A stretch of DNA of 64,000 nt from Lytechinus pictus (GCF_037042905.1 NC_087249.1:9364001-9428000), one strand, 5' to 3'; shown: positions 13,155 to 27,496, numbered from the stretch's first letter. Translations and numbers: made by a program. Notes: generated by a model from the sequence alone, not told the origin.

Positions 13155-14137
13155 AACAAGTGGAATGCCTCTGGCCGTCTCACCTGCATCACGCGATTCA
13201 ATATAGCAGCAGTGCTGATTTTGAAAACTACTATAACTCGCACAAGATGTTCAGTGATACTTGGTTACTCTTATTTCCACGTTTTATGAACTAGACCAAT
13301 ACACTTATAGAGATATGATGGCAATTCAACAAATACCCCCAACGTGGCCAAAGTTCTTTGACCTTACATGACCTTTGACCTTGATCATGTGACCTGAAAC
13401 TCGCACAGGATGTTCAGTGATACTTGATTACTATTATGTCCAAGTTTTATGAACTAGACCAACACACTTTCAAATTTATGGCTGTAATTCAACAAATACC
13501 CCAATTTGGCCAAAGTTCATTGACCCTAAATGACCTTTGACCTTGATCATGTGACCTGAAACTTGCACAGGATGTTCAGTAATACTTGATTACTATTATG
13601 TCCAAGTTTCATGAATCAGATCCATAAACTTTCAAAGTTATGATGGTAATTCAACAGATACCCCCAATTCGGCCAAAGTTCATTGACCCTAAATGACCTT
13701 TGACCTTGGTCATGTGACGTGAAACTCATGCAGGATGTTCAGTGATACTTGATTAACCTTATGTATAAGTTTCATGAACTAGGTCCATATATTTTCTAAG
13801 TTATGATGACATTTCAAAAACTTAACCTTAGGTTAAGATTTTGATGTTGATTCCCCCAACATGGTCTAAGTTCATTGACCCTAAATGACCTTTGACCTTG
13901 GTCATGTGACATGAAACTCAGGCAGGATGTTCAGTAATACTTGATTAACCTTATGGCCAAGTTTCATGAACTAGGTCCATATACTTTCTAAGTTATGCTG
14001 TCATTTCAAAAACTTAACCTCAGGTTAAGATTTGGTGTTGACGCCGCCGCCGCCGCCGTCGCCGTCGCCGCCGCCGCCGCCGTCGCCGTCGGAAAAGCGG
14101 CGCCTATAGTCTCACTCTGCTATGCAGGTGAGACAAT
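13155..14137 (-). mobile_element. Helentron-associated (DINE-1/HINE/pearl-like) non-autonomous element with internal ~163-bp tandem repeats
   Basis: SubTIRs gtctcacctgcat (13177-13189) / atgcaggtgagac (14122-14134), a partial IR gtctcac at 14109, a (GCC/GTC)n microsatellite at 14042-14090, core repeats at 13246, 13409, 13571, 13734 and 13926, and a CTTG-TT end on the minus strand. Confidence 0.82.
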
Positions 14138-15996
14138 AAAACCAGGAGAAATAATTGAATACTCCTGGAAAAGAAGTCTAAAGAATAAACATGATAAACA
14201 TGGTATTTCTATGACAGACAAAAAAATATTTCAAAAATATTTTTTTTAATGAAGTTTTGGAAATAGAGACTTTTTAAAGTGTTAGAATTCAAGTTTCAAT
14301 AATGCAAGGCAGTTAATCTCATTACCAGGTCCCTCTGAGAGGACTTGAAGCTAATGGTCCTGTGGTTTGTAACTTACAAAAAGCATTCATATTTTCTTGC
14401 AATCGTGTAAAAAGAAATCACCACAACCTCAATTCTCATTGAAACAACTTTTTTCCACATAAAGAAAAGCATTTTCTTACAGAAATCAACAACTAAATAA
14501 GAGGTATTTTCTGGGGGAATCATTGATATAATCTAAAATGAAATTATTCCTGAAAATACTCCACTTACAAAAATGCTTGAGAATTTGTTTAAAGAATGAA
14601 TCATATCATTGATATTTTTCCTCATTTCACCTACTGCTGCTTGGGCTCTTGGAAAATCCAAATATAGAATAGTTTTATTAACTTAAGTGATATGTATAGT
14701 TGAGGAATATATAAATATGAACAAAGTCACAATGCTCACAATGATATTTTAATCATATTATTGGGACTGAAAAACTCCATCCCATTTGTACTTTAAGATC
14801 AACAATTTTTTCATGTGACCGGGATTGCCATCCATCGGCGGAGAAATCCAAACACAATACCTCATTGTCAAATCAGGGGTACGATTTCTTTGCTTTGGGA
14901 GTTATACTAGAGTAGCTCAGAGCAGGCAAAGATGAATGCAATGTCCCATCATTAATGTGCTTAGCAATGCATCTCTTTCAGAGACTCCAAACCACATAGG
15001 CAAACAGTGGCGTGTGTGCCAAGCAAATTCCCGTTGCCATGGTACTTGCAAAATCATGACTAATCTAATAATCTGGGGCTCTGTGCAAAAGAAGAGGCTT
15101 GAAATGGAAGCCCGCGGAAAGTAGCTTCATCATCTGGCGTTAGATTACCTAGATCTTATTACTTTATCTCCGTCTCATTACTGTTAGACGGGAGGGGGGG
15201 CATATCTACTTTGGTTGATGGAGATGAAGGGAAGCGACATTCTGTTTGCAGTTTAACTCAAGAGGCAATACAGATATTAGACGTAGGGAGAAATTAGTGC
15301 CGACTCCGGAAAGGAACGGAACAGAAACGGGAGAATAGAGTAAATAGGAGGGTGTTTGCTGGGCGCAAGAAAGATGCTAACAGAGGGGGAGATGGATAGA
15401 CTGTGATGAAGATAAAAGACCCACAAACACATCATTCACTGTCTTCTGGGGCAAACAGAGACAGAGGCAGACAGTGAAAGCAAGAGATCCAAAAACACTT
15501 GAGGGAAGAAGGAAAGAGAAATAAAAGTTTACCATAACAAAGAAGAATTGAAGATGCAAAGGAGTAACGACACACGAAGGGAAATATCGTGGCTGCATGG
15601 GCTGTTAAAACCTTGTATCTCAAAATTTACAAATTTTGAGGGCAGCTTAGCAAAGGCTGTATTTTAGAAATAAGGCAATGGTTACAATTTACATTGTGTG
15701 AAAACATTCTGATACCTGTCAAGACCTCATTCTAGGCAAATGAAGGCTGTTACCTTCATGTTATTAGTCTAAAATCAAGCTTATTCTGAGGTGTCATAAA
15801 AATATTTTAGTTTTGAGATACAAGAATGTAACAGCCCAGAGACGATATATCATTTAATGAAGCAAAATGAAAGAGACAGATAGAAATGTGTTTATGAAGT
15901 GAAGAGATATGGGCGGTAAAGGAAAGACGCGGATAACGTGTGGAAAGCGATACAGCAAGCAGTAGAAAAGATAAGGGAAAAAAGGAAAACCCCCTG

Positions 15997-16167
15997 GGGG
16001 CCGTTTCATAAAGCTGTTCGTAAGTTAAGAGCAACTTTCAAAATGATTGGGGATCCTTTTTTACGAGCTGAACCATTGCCAATGAATATACCATTTACCA
16101 CAAGAAAGGATCACCAGTCGTTCTTAAAGTTGCTCTTAACTTACGAACAGCTTTATGAAACACCAAC
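15997..16167. mobile_element. Harbinger-like MITE, TSD CTG
   Basis: ctg|ggggccgtttcataaagctgttcgtaagttaagagcaacttt ... aaagttgctcttaacttacgaacagctttatgaaacaccaac|ctg. Confidence 0.8.
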
Positions 16168-17939
16168 CTGGAAGAGAAAGAAAGAAAATGGAGGATATGA
16201 GACATAGTTAGTTAACAAAAATAATCTCAGTGAAAATTCTATGCAAGAAGATAACAACCCTTTCCCAGCATGCTTGTAATTAATCAACATTCACTGGTTA
16301 GAAGTGGGATTTTTCTTTTACTTTTCACCATTTTTTCCCTTTAAATTAAAGACACTTCAAAGGGAGGATGCTCTACGCAGGTGTTATGAAAGTCGATTAT
16401 GACACACAGTTCCCAAGTGTTATGAAAGTCAATTACAACACACAGTTCAGAGCATGATCCCTGAATGGAAGCAATCATGTTGATTAATAGGGAGTGAGGT
16501 ACGAGCATCAGGTAAGGGATTGTGTTCAAAACCCTCTCAATTAATTATTAAGGTATAGACTAAGTAGATGAAATGAAGAAGTAAAATGGAAGGGAGTTCG
16601 CAGAAAAAAAAAGACAGAGTGAGACGCAGAAGACGAACAAAAAGACAAGAAGGATGAAAGAGATTAATTTTTTCAGAGTGTGGGAGAGATGCAGACAGAT
16701 AAAGAAAGAGCAAAGCAAATGAGAAAGGGTAAGAGAGAGGGGGGAGACATAGAAAGCCACGGAGGAACAGATAGAGAACATAATACAAAAAAGACTTTCT
16801 TTTCATATTATAGTCTATGTGAGACAATTTTAAAAATTATTTTCAAGGCTACTTTTCATAATATACTGCCTAAATCTGCAACAATGGAAAAGCTTAAACA
16901 TTTGGCCCTAAGCCCCAAGTAATTTTGTCCATGTTGTTCTAATAGATTTGTATTGAATATCCTATTGACACTCTATCTTACATTTATGAAATGCTTAAAA
17001 ATTCACAGAATATACAGATATTAGAAATTGTCCCAATGTTTTTTTTGCACTCATACCATCAAGAATATTTGTCTGTGTTCAATTTTTACCCCGTGACCCA
17101 CCCACCAATATCTGTGTGTGTAGTCTACAATTTTTTTTCTCAAATAAAATGTTCACATAATTGAACAAAACTTACAAGGAATAATGAGAACAAAAAATGA
17201 TATCTGATATATTTTTTAAGGAAAATGTATAGTTACAGAATAATAAGCAAATTAAGATCAGAAAAATTACTGGAAAAGCCCATCCATTTACAGTGTGGTC
17301 CCACATGTTGTTTCCTGTGTATAGCTACACCAGGAAAAGCACAAGGTAATGAAAATGCAGATAATTTCAAGCAAGCACAAATTACTTTGATTAAACTGTG
17401 CGGTTCTAGATATGAATTATGGCATATGATAAACCCTTTAGGATTACTTCCCACCATTTCCTACCGAAATTTGACTTCTAAACCAGCACTTGATATTTGC
17501 TTAATGTGAAATATTCCCACTTCCTACTTCCTAGAAATAAGAAATGTTTCATGAGTACCTTCTCACCACTTTCCACTCATTTTTAACTTACCGGTAAGCA
17601 TTTTGTAATATACAATTCCAACAAGTCCGTTTCTATGCAATGTTTGTGATAGTGAGAAAGAATAGATTGAGCCACTTTCTTTTCTCTTTTTAAAAATAAA
17701 ATTGAATTAACTCTTTCATCAGGATTTCCCTCTAAATGCGGAACTTTCTTTGCACCGGACGGTCAAACTCTTCCAAATCCAATTCCACAAAGTGTATTCA
17801 GCTTTGAGCATATGAACGATAGGCATGTATGTGAATATATTTAGTTTGACAAACAGATTGGAGCTCTTGACCCTGTTAAAATGTGTTCACTGATGTATTC
17901 TGGCAGGTTGAAATAGCTACACGTAGCTATTCATACTCC

Positions 17940-18680
17940 TCTTCTCTCTCTCATTCTATTCCACCTCTTTCACTCTCTCTCTCTCTCTCTGTCTTTGGTT
18001 GTATCTCTTTGTGTAATTTGTCACTGTCTTTTTGTGTTTTTCTGTGTCTTTTTTTGTCTGTCTACATGTATGTGTATCCTTTTGTGTGTCTTAATGTGCC
18101 TTTTTTGTCTCTGTCTTTTAGTGCCACTTTTTTGTCTCTTTCTGAATGTGTATACCTTTGTGTCATCTTGTTGTTTGTCTTTCTGTGCCCTTTTTTGTGT
18201 CTGTATGTATGTATGTGTGTGTATCCTTTTGTGTGTCTTAATGTGCCTATTTTGTCTTTGTCTATATATATGTATACCTTTGTGTCATTGTTTGCCTCTA
18301 TCTTTCTGAGCCCCCTTTTTTGTCTGTCTGGATGCATATACCTTTGTGTCATTTTTGTCTCCATCTTTCTATGGCTTCCTTGTCTCTTTATGTGTATCTA
18401 TGTGTCAATTTTATCTTGCCTCATTAGTTTGCATGCCTCTCTTTGTCTTTATGTATCAGCTCACCCATTTTATCTACCACTCTGTCTTTTAAATATATGG
18501 TTCTGTATTTCTATACCCCTCCTCCCGTCTCTCTCTCTCTCTTTCTCTCTCTTACTCTCTAATTTTTTTCTTTCTACATGTCTCTTTCCTCATTGTCTGA
18601 AGAACTGTCCTCTCTCTGATTGTGAGACTACTCCTTCCCTCTTTCTCTCATGTTCCTATTTTCTCCTCCCTTTTCCCTAT
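17940..18680. repeat. TC/TG-rich low-complexity region with degenerate internal repeats
   Basis: Recurrent tgtgtatccttttgtgtgtcttaatgtgcct and tatacctttgtgtcat units. Confidence 0.8.
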
Positions 18681-18943
18681 AAATGCGGTTTCTCTATAAT
18701 GATTTTTTCTACACAACTCTCTTGTAAATGTCATTAGATCTTTCATGACCATAAGACAGAGACTTCACGCACACTCCCCCCACACACATTGCACTTAAGT
18801 AACGCCCCTCTATTTCCAGCGAGTCAAGGGATTAATCAAGCCGCCCCCTTTAATCAAGTTCCTTTCATCAATGGACCCAATCCTTCATCTTGATTTCACT
18901 TGTTTCACCATCTTTATTTCATGATATTCTCTGTTCTCTTCTG

Positions 18944-19210
18944 GACCCCGTCTTACAAAGATTTACGATTGATCCGATCAATCGTAACTATGGACGGCCA
19001 GCAACGTCAACATCTATTATGCATGTTTGTTCAAAATATTTTCTAGCCATGATGTCATGCATTCATTGTTTTCTTGAAAATTCACTGTGTTTCTCTTTGC
19101 ATACAAAGGACATTGTGCAAGTTTTTTGTAGAAAAATTATGACACTGATGGATTTCCATAGTTACGTTTGATTTGAACGGATCAATTGTAACTCTTTGTA
19201 AGATGGGCCC
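18944..19210. mobile_element. Harbinger-like MITE, TSD CTG
   Basis: ctg|gaccccgtcttacaaagatttacgattgatccg ... cggatcaattgtaactctttgtaagatgggccc|ctg. A second copy is at 20456-20672. Confidence 0.8.
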
Positions 19211-19319
19211 CTGGACTATTTATTTGCTCCCCCTACATTCCTTCAGTTTCTGTCTTCTGCCCCCTCCCCTTCAAAACAAAAATATATGTGTCTCTCCCCC
19301 AGTATGCCTCTTTTGATAT

Positions 19320-19790
19320 CTCCCTTCCCTCTACCCCCTCACCTCCCCAACCCATCTTCTGAATCCATTTGTGAATGACTTGCTTCTTTCTATCTCTATC
19401 CTCCTCTTCCTTTTTTATTCTTTAATCCATCTTCTATATGTATATTCTTAAGGGGTGGGATTGTATAGGATATGGACTTGCCTATTTCAATCTCTACCCC
19501 CTCCCTATCTCCCCATCCCTCTACCCCCTCCCCCCACCTTACCTGTCCAACCCATCTTTTACAATCTTAAGGGATGTGATGAGAAAATACATTGACTAGC
19601 CTCCTTTTATCTCTATTCCCCCCATTCCTCTACTCCCTTACCTGTCCCAAAACCGATCTACTACATTCTTAAGGGATGGGATGAGAAAATACATTGACTA
19701 GCTTCTTTTAATCTCTATTCTCCTCCCCTCTCCTACCTCCTTTACCTCTCCAAACCATCTTCCACATTCCTAAGGGATATGATGATAAAG
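19320..19790. repeat. Degenerate ~80-100 bp pyrimidine-rich tandem repeat
   Basis: Recurrent cttaagggatg.gatgagaaaatacattgactagc...atctctatt...ccttacctgtcc units. Confidence 0.7.
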
Positions 19791-20123
19791 TGCACGGGCT
19801 TCCCAATTCTGACAAGCGAGAAAGATCAGGTGTCGAGAGGGCGTCCGAGTGAGCCACTGAATGGGATGAAACACACGCTAGACCTACCTAGTAACAGCTC
19901 AATGGAGAATACTTTCAAACATCAACTAGGGGAGTTTGGAAAGCCTTGATATATCAACAGAGAAGATTTGATATAAACAGTTGAATAGGAAAAGAAGGAT
20001 CCTTTGAAAACTATTATTATTTAGAGAAGTGCAAGAAAACCACCATCTATCAATCTCAAGTAGATATGAACCTCTCACAGAGGGCATTGTGAGAAACTTA
20101 TTTGCAATCGATTTCAAAATCTG

Positions 20124-20438
20124 GGCCCTGTTGCATAAACACTATGGTAATTTTCATGGACCTACCCACGGAGGATCATCTATTGTTACTAGGGGTGCTG
20201 TGACAATGCTCAGCACCCCCAGTAACAATAGAATAATCCTCCGTGGATAGGTCCATGGTAACTTTGCCATCCAAGTGTAACTACCATGTTAACGATGATC
20301 AACAGCCAATCAAAATCAAGGATTCCAAGCAAGTTACTAAGGTTAGTCTGATTTCTGCCATTGACTTTAACACAGGGCAAAAACTTAGGTAAAAAATACC
20401 TGAGTTTTCTCAGGTAAAAAGTTTTATGCAACAGGTCC
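20124..20438. mobile_element. MITE (ggccctgttgcataaa TIR) containing a nested ~95-bp palindromic element at ~20158-20254
   Basis: ggccctgttgcataaac / ttttatgcaacaggtcc TIRs. Inner element: ggacctacccacggaggat...atcctccgtggataggtcc. Confidence 0.7.
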
Positions 20439-20455
20439 TTACTGAAATCAACCTA

Positions 20456-20672
20456 GGCCCCGTCTTACAAAGAGTTACAATTGATCCGATCAATCGCAAC
20501 TATGGACGGCCAGCAACGTCAACATCTATTATGCATGTTTGTTCAAAATATTTTCTAGCTGATATGATGCATACAAAGGACAAAAAAAAAAAATACAAAA
20601 ATTATGACACTGATGGATTTCCATAGATTTACGATTGATTGAATCAATCGTTTCTCTTTGTAAGACAGGGTC
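20456..20672. mobile_element. Second, internally deleted copy of the 18944 MITE family
   Basis: Near-identical first ~100 bp (ggccccgtcttacaaagagttacaattgatccgatcaatcg...) and a matching right TIR. Confidence 0.8.
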
Positions 20673-23600
20673 CTGATGATACTTTCTTCGCATTCTGCAG
20701 TAACTCACCACACAGTCGGCAGTTATCAATTGACTTTAAAAGCTATGGGGGTCTACCACTATTCATCATCCAGCAGTAAAAAGGGGCTACGTTTTTCATA
20801 TTCATTATTCACAGAGAAAGGCGATAATTGTGTTCCTTTTTTGTCTGTGGTGAATCGTTGAAGGTGCTATCATGAACGGGGGAGTTGACACAAGCTCTGG
20901 TTGCAATCTCTTCGGCAGCTCCACTGACAATGACAGATGCTTTAACAAGAATTTTTCCTAAACAGTTATTTGGAAAGTGATTATGAAAAATCTGAACGAG
21001 AAGGATGCTCAAGACAGAAAGAGGGGGAAGGAGGAAGTGTCATCAGCGCGGAAGAGTCGGTAACCCTTCGTAAGACGGAGAATGCTCGTAGAAATAAATG
21101 ATGATCATTCATGCAATTGCTGCACAGTGATCCATCAAGTTTCTGAGAGATTGCCTATTTTGCTTTGCATAAATTAATGATGGTAATTACTTTCTTGAAG
21201 CCTTTGAGGGGCCATCATAGCACCGGTCTAAAACATAAATAATGTGCAAGAGGATTTTTCAAGGTGTGAGATTGGAAGACAAATAAGGTCATGTGATCAG
21301 TCAGCTGATCAACGTAGGTGGCTGTTTACCAGTTCTGCCTGGCTCTGTCTTGTATTGTATACGCTGTAAACAGTCCCTCGACCAAAGCACTTAAATCCCC
21401 CACATAATGAACTTGGTATTACATATCATTGACCTGTCTGGCTGCACACTGAAAGCAAAGAAGACAAAATAGACCCCCTGATAATGAGACGGAAAATAAT
21501 TTTCAAGGGTCCTCAACATTTGTGTGTCCTTGTAGAAGAATATCGGTGTAGAAATATCAGCTGGAATGATTTCTCTGGCAATGCCGTTATAAATTCAAAA
21601 TGGGAAATAAATTAGGAAATGAAACTTTCAAAGCTGTATCTGTGTGTAGTCCCATCGACTCCTATCTCTGTGGGTAGAATGAGTGCCTCAGACTTTAATC
21701 AATTGATTTCCATTGCTTCTAAAGAGCTTCAGGCAATAAAAGAAAATACAATTGAAAGCTTCATTCAAGCCATGACAGCAACTTAATCATACATTTTGTC
21801 AGTGAAAATACTAACTCAATGTTGAAGTGATAAATATTATTTTTAAGTCAAGTTAATATTCAAGACCTTCAATGAGAACAACTAATATCTCATAAAGAGT
21901 CTAAATTCAAGTTTTATTTTGCAATGAATTCTTAGAGAATGTTATATGTTTTTTTTTTTTTTTGGGGGGGGGGGTAGAAATGTGGTGTGTCATCATAACA
22001 TGAAAAAAAATTGATAAAAAGCTGAAATAAGAACGTGGAATGCCATAAAGCGATTGACTATCGCGTTTCCAGTTTTCACTTTTTCAGATGATCCTTAGTG
22101 TTTTGCACAATATTCTTGCTCATCTTTTAAAACTTTGCATAAAAGTCATACATTATTATACATTTACATATTTCCCTATCACATTCAAATATCTGCAAGT
22201 TTATTTATATCTGCATGTCTATCTTTTTGTCTCTTTCTTTCTTTCCCTTTCTCCCCCTCTCTAACTCTCTTCCTCTCTCTACATTGCTATCTACTTTAGA
22301 TTGATAATCGTTTGTGGTTTAAACTTCAATTTTCCCATTCACTGCCTTCTTGCCCATCCTATTTATAAACATGACAAGTAATTTGATTTATAAGTCAAAG
22401 GCAATGTTCAATTTAATACCATCCAGCAAGACATTAATGCGATTAACGTTATGCAACATGGAATCATACATGGCCGGCCTTATGCAGGAATTTTTTCCTA
22501 GTGTGAGGGGGGGGGGGGGCAGGACGCATACAAATTTGTAATAAAACTCAAAAGTGAGACAAATCATATTAATATTTATGACAACGTGGAAATAACGATT
22601 TCTAAATTTGAATATTGTGTTTTGAATAACGCCTTCTACCCTCTTATTCAAATCAAGTCTTAAAAGTTTCATTCTATTTTATGCATGTTTCTTTGTATAC
22701 CACAATGTACATGTACGTATTGTGTATGTATTACACCCTGCGAATGGCACACGTATTGTTAGTGTTCTTTGCCATGGACCTGGGTTGAATGATGAAACTT
22801 CTCATGATCAACAAAGAAAAAAAAATCAAAATCATCATCAGGTCCAAAATGAAAATCCTAATATACAATCATTGTATCAAAAAACTTTCCCTGGCACTTA
22901 AAACCCCTTATGGATGTATTACTCATTCTTTAGGTTGATAACTGTTATCTGAACCCCTAGGACTTAAGTTGTCCATTGAACCATACCTCTATCCTCCAAA
23001 CTGGCCCTCCTTACATCCCAGAAGAAAGTTCCCCCCCCCCCTCTTTGATCATTAACCCTAGTCATAATGCTAATTATTGTAGCAATCTATGGTCAAACAT
23101 CAGAGGGCTATTTATACCTCTGTCTGCACAAATCTCTCATAGGATCCAAGATTTTGAAATAAACAGGGGGGGGGGGGCAAAAGGCAGATTTGAAAATATA
23201 GGGGGCATGTATCACAATTTTCTCCATTCATCTATTTATATGTCTGTTCAATGGGCAATTTCCATTTTCAAACCGTACAGGGTGCCGTGCATTTTGCACC
23301 CCCCCCCCTGCCTGGATCCACCAATGAGATAAAGATGTTAGCTTGTGGTGTTTTGCCTCTCTCGCTGACCACAGCAGCACTGTTGATCCACAGAAGCTCA
23401 AATAAAGTGCTGTTTATATCTACAGGCCAGCCGACCAGAGCATAAAATCCACAAACTAAAGCTCCTTGAATAAATGAATACAGGGTCACAAATAAATTTG
23501 ACAAACCTGTTGCCTGATACAAAACATTCTCCTGTAGAAACTACATTTAAGGTGCATGCAGTTTACCACTTACACCTGTAAAAGAATTTAGGTAACAAAG

Positions 23601-24171
23601 TAATTGTTGTGAAATAATTTCTTTTTTTTTTTGGTTGCTGGTTTTGGTGTTGGGTAGATTTCTAAATTAACACGATACAAAAACAAAAGATAAGGCCATT
23701 TGATGGACAAGTCCCACTTGGTGTTGAATATGGACCATTTATGAAAAATCACATAAGGTTTACATAAACTAATATTAGGTTAATAAATTGGGATTCCACC
23801 AACGCCAATAACCACACCAAACTTGAAATCACCAAACTGCAAGTTCACGAATCAACTCTTAAAATAAAATTATCTCAATTATGGATGGAGTCATATTATC
23901 TTAGATTTGCTTGTTTTTGAGGTTCCATGACAATTGCTCTGGCGACGATTGCTCTGATGGAAAATCTGCATGTTAAGCCAAACATAAATCCTAACCTCCA
24001 AAGCTACCCTAATCCTTATCTTATCATTATTCTGAATCAAAAACTCTATTACAATTTCAACAATTCCAATGTTGCAGGATCAAATGTTGTGTCACCATAT
24101 TTGAAACAAAACAAATTGTTGTTGAAATCCTACAAAAGCAGAATTTTCAATTTAGGTGAGCTGAACTCTAT

Positions 24172-24475
24172 GGCCTGTATTCTGAAGTCAGGTTTAATTC
24201 AAACTCTGGTTTTAAGTTGTGGTTTAACTATGGAAAGCCAGTTGTTACATAAAATCTCTAACAGTAGAGGTTCAATGTATCAGCTCATTTGACTACCAAA
24301 ATGTTATTAACTGCCTGGGAAGGATAAGTATAACGGTTGTCTTCACCATTAAAAAATTAGTAAGAGCACAGTAAACATGAGAAGCAATCACTGTAAACAA
24401 AACGTTTGGCTTCCCATAATTTTAGCACAGGGTTAGACCATGGTATAAGTTAAACCTGCCTTCAGAATACGGGCC
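24172..24475. mobile_element. MITE (ggcc(c/t)gtattctgaagtcaggtttaa TIR)
   Basis: The right TIR is ttaaacctgccttcagaatacgggcc. A truncated copy lies at ~30667-30912. Confidence 0.8.
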
Positions 24476-24479
24476 ATAT

Positions 24480-24625
24480 CAGGGGCCACGGAATGGTTTT
24501 CAAAGTGGGGGGGGGGGCTGACCATGCAAAAAATCACAATCATATGGTAATTTTTTTGTTTTTGTACAAAGTTTTGGAAAAAAGTGGGGGGGGGGGGGCT
24601 GAAGCCCCCGTTTCCGCGGCCCCTG
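24480..24625. mobile_element. Short CAG..CTG TIR element with poly-G tracts (hAT-like)
   Basis: caggggccacggaa ... ttccgcggcccctg. Confidence 0.65.
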
Positions 24626-24701
24626 CATATAAGATCTTTTACATCTTCCCCAAAGTGATGTTATTAATCTCTTTCATACCACCTTTGAAGGAGGCCATTT
24701 G

Positions 24702-24913
24702 ACCACTAAGGGGAATATTTCAATTCTCAAGTGACCCTTCATATTTTTTCTTGCATGCTTTATCATTTTTGCTTCTTTGTTAGTATAATGAAGGCCATAG
24801 AACTCTTACCACTAAGGGGAATATTTCAATTCTCAAGTGACCCTTCATATTTTTTCTTGCATGCTTTATAATTTTTGCTTCTTTGTTAGAATAATGAAGG
24901 CCATAGAACTCTT
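24702..24913. repeat. Recent 106-bp tandem duplication
   Basis: accactaaggggaatatttc...ggccatagaactctt occurs at 24702 and 24808 with ~2 mismatches. Confidence 0.92.
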
Positions 24914-25546
24914 CTGAACAATGTGCATTATTAATGACAAGTGCTCATTGCAAATTTCACGTTGTCTTTGAGTTGAAATGATGATTAGAGAGTCATGGGA
25001 GTATTTGGCCTCATCAGTTCTTTTCACTCTAGGGGTAAACAGAACCCCTTTGAAACTGTTTTTCCCCCTAACCCACTTCAAATGTCTGTAATAATGCTGC
25101 TGAAGAAAATTAAACAATAATTGCTGTCAGAGTGATGGGGTTTAACATCATAGCTTGAAATTTAAACAGTGTTTATTTCAACATCAGTCATTTGCATAAC
25201 CTTAAAAAAAATCTTACTTGAAACGGTGGAAGTGAGTATATATTGAAGAGTCACATTTAAAATGACTGTTTTTTCCATCTTTTGATTCTTGATTCTTCAG
25301 AAAAAAATATATGCGATTCACTAATTGTCATTAGATGTACCATATTAAATCAAATTAAACAATGAGAAATACAGCCAAGAGAAAGGGAGAGAAAACAGAG
25401 ATGAAATTTGTGAGATTTGAAATAGGCAATAGCCAATGTATTCAGAGACTGGTATAAAGTGTTTTTTTCAAAGGTTAGGAATACAGGATAGAGAGAGGAG
25501 GAGAGAGAAGGAGAGTGTGAGGGAAAGGAGAGGAGGAAGATAGCAG

Positions 25547-25548
<2 letters not shown>

Positions 25549-25596
<48 letters not shown>
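25549..25596. repeat. (GA)n microsatellite
   Basis: About 20 GA units. Confidence 0.95.
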
Positions 25597-26078
25597 GGGG
25601 AGGGAATAGATCTACGTACGTAATAAAGAGAAATGCAAAGGAACAGAGAGACGGAAAAAGATCTTTAATTCAAAGTCTGTGACACTACTTGGTAACCCTC
25701 AGTGCTTTTTCCAGCAAACAAGCGACTCGCCAAGGCAACAGCCCTGAACATTCTATAAACAAAAACGCCCTCTTGATTATTTTCCACCCATCCCAATTCG
25801 CCTTTCTGTGCTGATGGATAGAGTCTCTATTAATACCTGCGCCTGTCGATATGAAGCAAATATTTATTAATCAAAGGATATGGCCCGGATTGTAATCATG
25901 TTCACCGAGATTAATGAGGCATCGCTGGTCATAATAGATTTGATTGGAGGCAGCCAGTGCCCCGAGTTTCATAAACCCTGTTATCAAAATCAAGTTACAG
26001 GCTATTATTATAAGCTACTGAAACAGTGCTCTTTGATTGGCTAAGGGCAGTTTTTGCATTGCAATAAATTTATTGTTA

Positions 26079-26244
26079 CACTGTAAAAAATGAAGTGCTA
26101 ATTTAGCACTTACAGTGCTTGTGTAGTGACTGCACAACGAGTGCTGATTTTCTAGTTCAAATTTAAACAAGAAAGTCAGCACTCGAAGTGCAGTCACTAT
26201 ACAAGCACTGTAAGTGCTAAATTAGCACTTCATTTTTTACAGTG
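26079..26244. mobile_element. Near-perfect palindromic CACTG MITE, TSD TA, nested in an older MITE (~25959-26272)
   Basis: ta|cactgtaaaaaatgaagtgctaatttagcacttacagtgcttg ... caagcactgtaagtgctaaattagcacttcattttttacagtg|ta. Confidence 0.88.
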
Positions 26245-26388
26245 TAAATACAACAAGTTTTATGTAATGGGAGAATGGGATTTTTGTTATTCCTGTTTAT
26301 GGATGAGACTGCATATTTCATGAAATTGTCACACTTAATTCATTGTATCATAAATAAAGTTCATTGGATAAAAATATACCATTTTATG

Positions 26389-27491
26389 CACTGTCTATAT
26401 AGGATCCAGGTTATCCCGCCTATGTATTAAACAATAGGTAATAAAGAAAAAAATTACTAGGAAATGAATTTGCCCTATCAGAAAATTAAAGACATGTAAT
26501 AAATCACTGACCTTGTAGGATAAATCCTATGTCACTGTATGATGGGCAGACCTAAAGCTACGCACTTTGTTTACAAATGATAAAAACTATGCAAATTTTA
26601 ATTTTTGAACAAATTATCTTTCACTAATTTGTAATAAATATTCTATGATTAACTGTCCTTATATAAACCAAGAAGAAAATATCACAAAACTTACTAATAC
26701 GAAAATCCCGCCATGTTTTCCAAACACCTCTTCATTTCGCCACCCGATGTAGAAGGGGGTCCTAAAGCTACGCACTCGATTTATCATGCAAAAAAATAGT
26801 ATTTCCTGTGCCTCAATTTCTAAAATATGTTCATATTATTATAGGATAATATGAAATTAAAGCAAATATAACTCCAAAATTCTAAAAAGTTGTGGGTTTT
26901 CTATGCATTTAGAAATTTACTGCAGCCTCTGTAGAAAAAAATTGAATTGGAATCTTTTGTCACACTGCTGTCACAGTTCCACACACAGAGTGCGCATCTG
27001 ACATTAAAAACTGCGTGCGCGATGAGTGGTGCGTAGCTCCTGTTTTACACACTATTTAATATATTCTAACATGTTCATTAGTGTTTCTGATGAAGAGCTT
27101 TATTTCTAGAAATCTTTTTTTTCTTTAAAGTCACTGAGGGAAATCTAGTTTGAGAGTTTCAAAAGTATTGTTATGGCATGCTGTTACCATGGTTAAGCAG
27201 TTTTCATCATATTTCAAAAGTATATTTTCAAAAGTGTCTTCCCCATGTTAATTTGAAAACCAAATACATCAGCAGAATTGTATAAACATTGATTGAAAAT
27301 GATAAGAGAATTCAATTTGCAAAATTTTCAGATTAATTGCAATAATCTATATAATCATGGCAATGCAGTTTTTGTCATTCAAACAGTATTTCACGCACTG
27401 TGTGCGAGGATTTTACAGACATTGTTAGCTAGTATATACTACATAGAAATGATGGCACTGAGCTACCACCACAAACAGTTTTCAGACAGTG
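26389..27491. mobile_element. Possible CACTG-type non-autonomous element, 2-bp TSD TG
   Basis: tg|cactgtct ... agacagtg|tg. The internal motif cctaaagctacgcact occurs at 26551 and 26761 and inverted at ~27029. Confidence 0.5.
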
Positions 27492-27496
27492 TGCAC

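Noticed and set aside
17883..18737. 284-aa hydrophobic ORF
   Set aside because: Stop-poor TC/TG low-complexity sequence with no domain signal.
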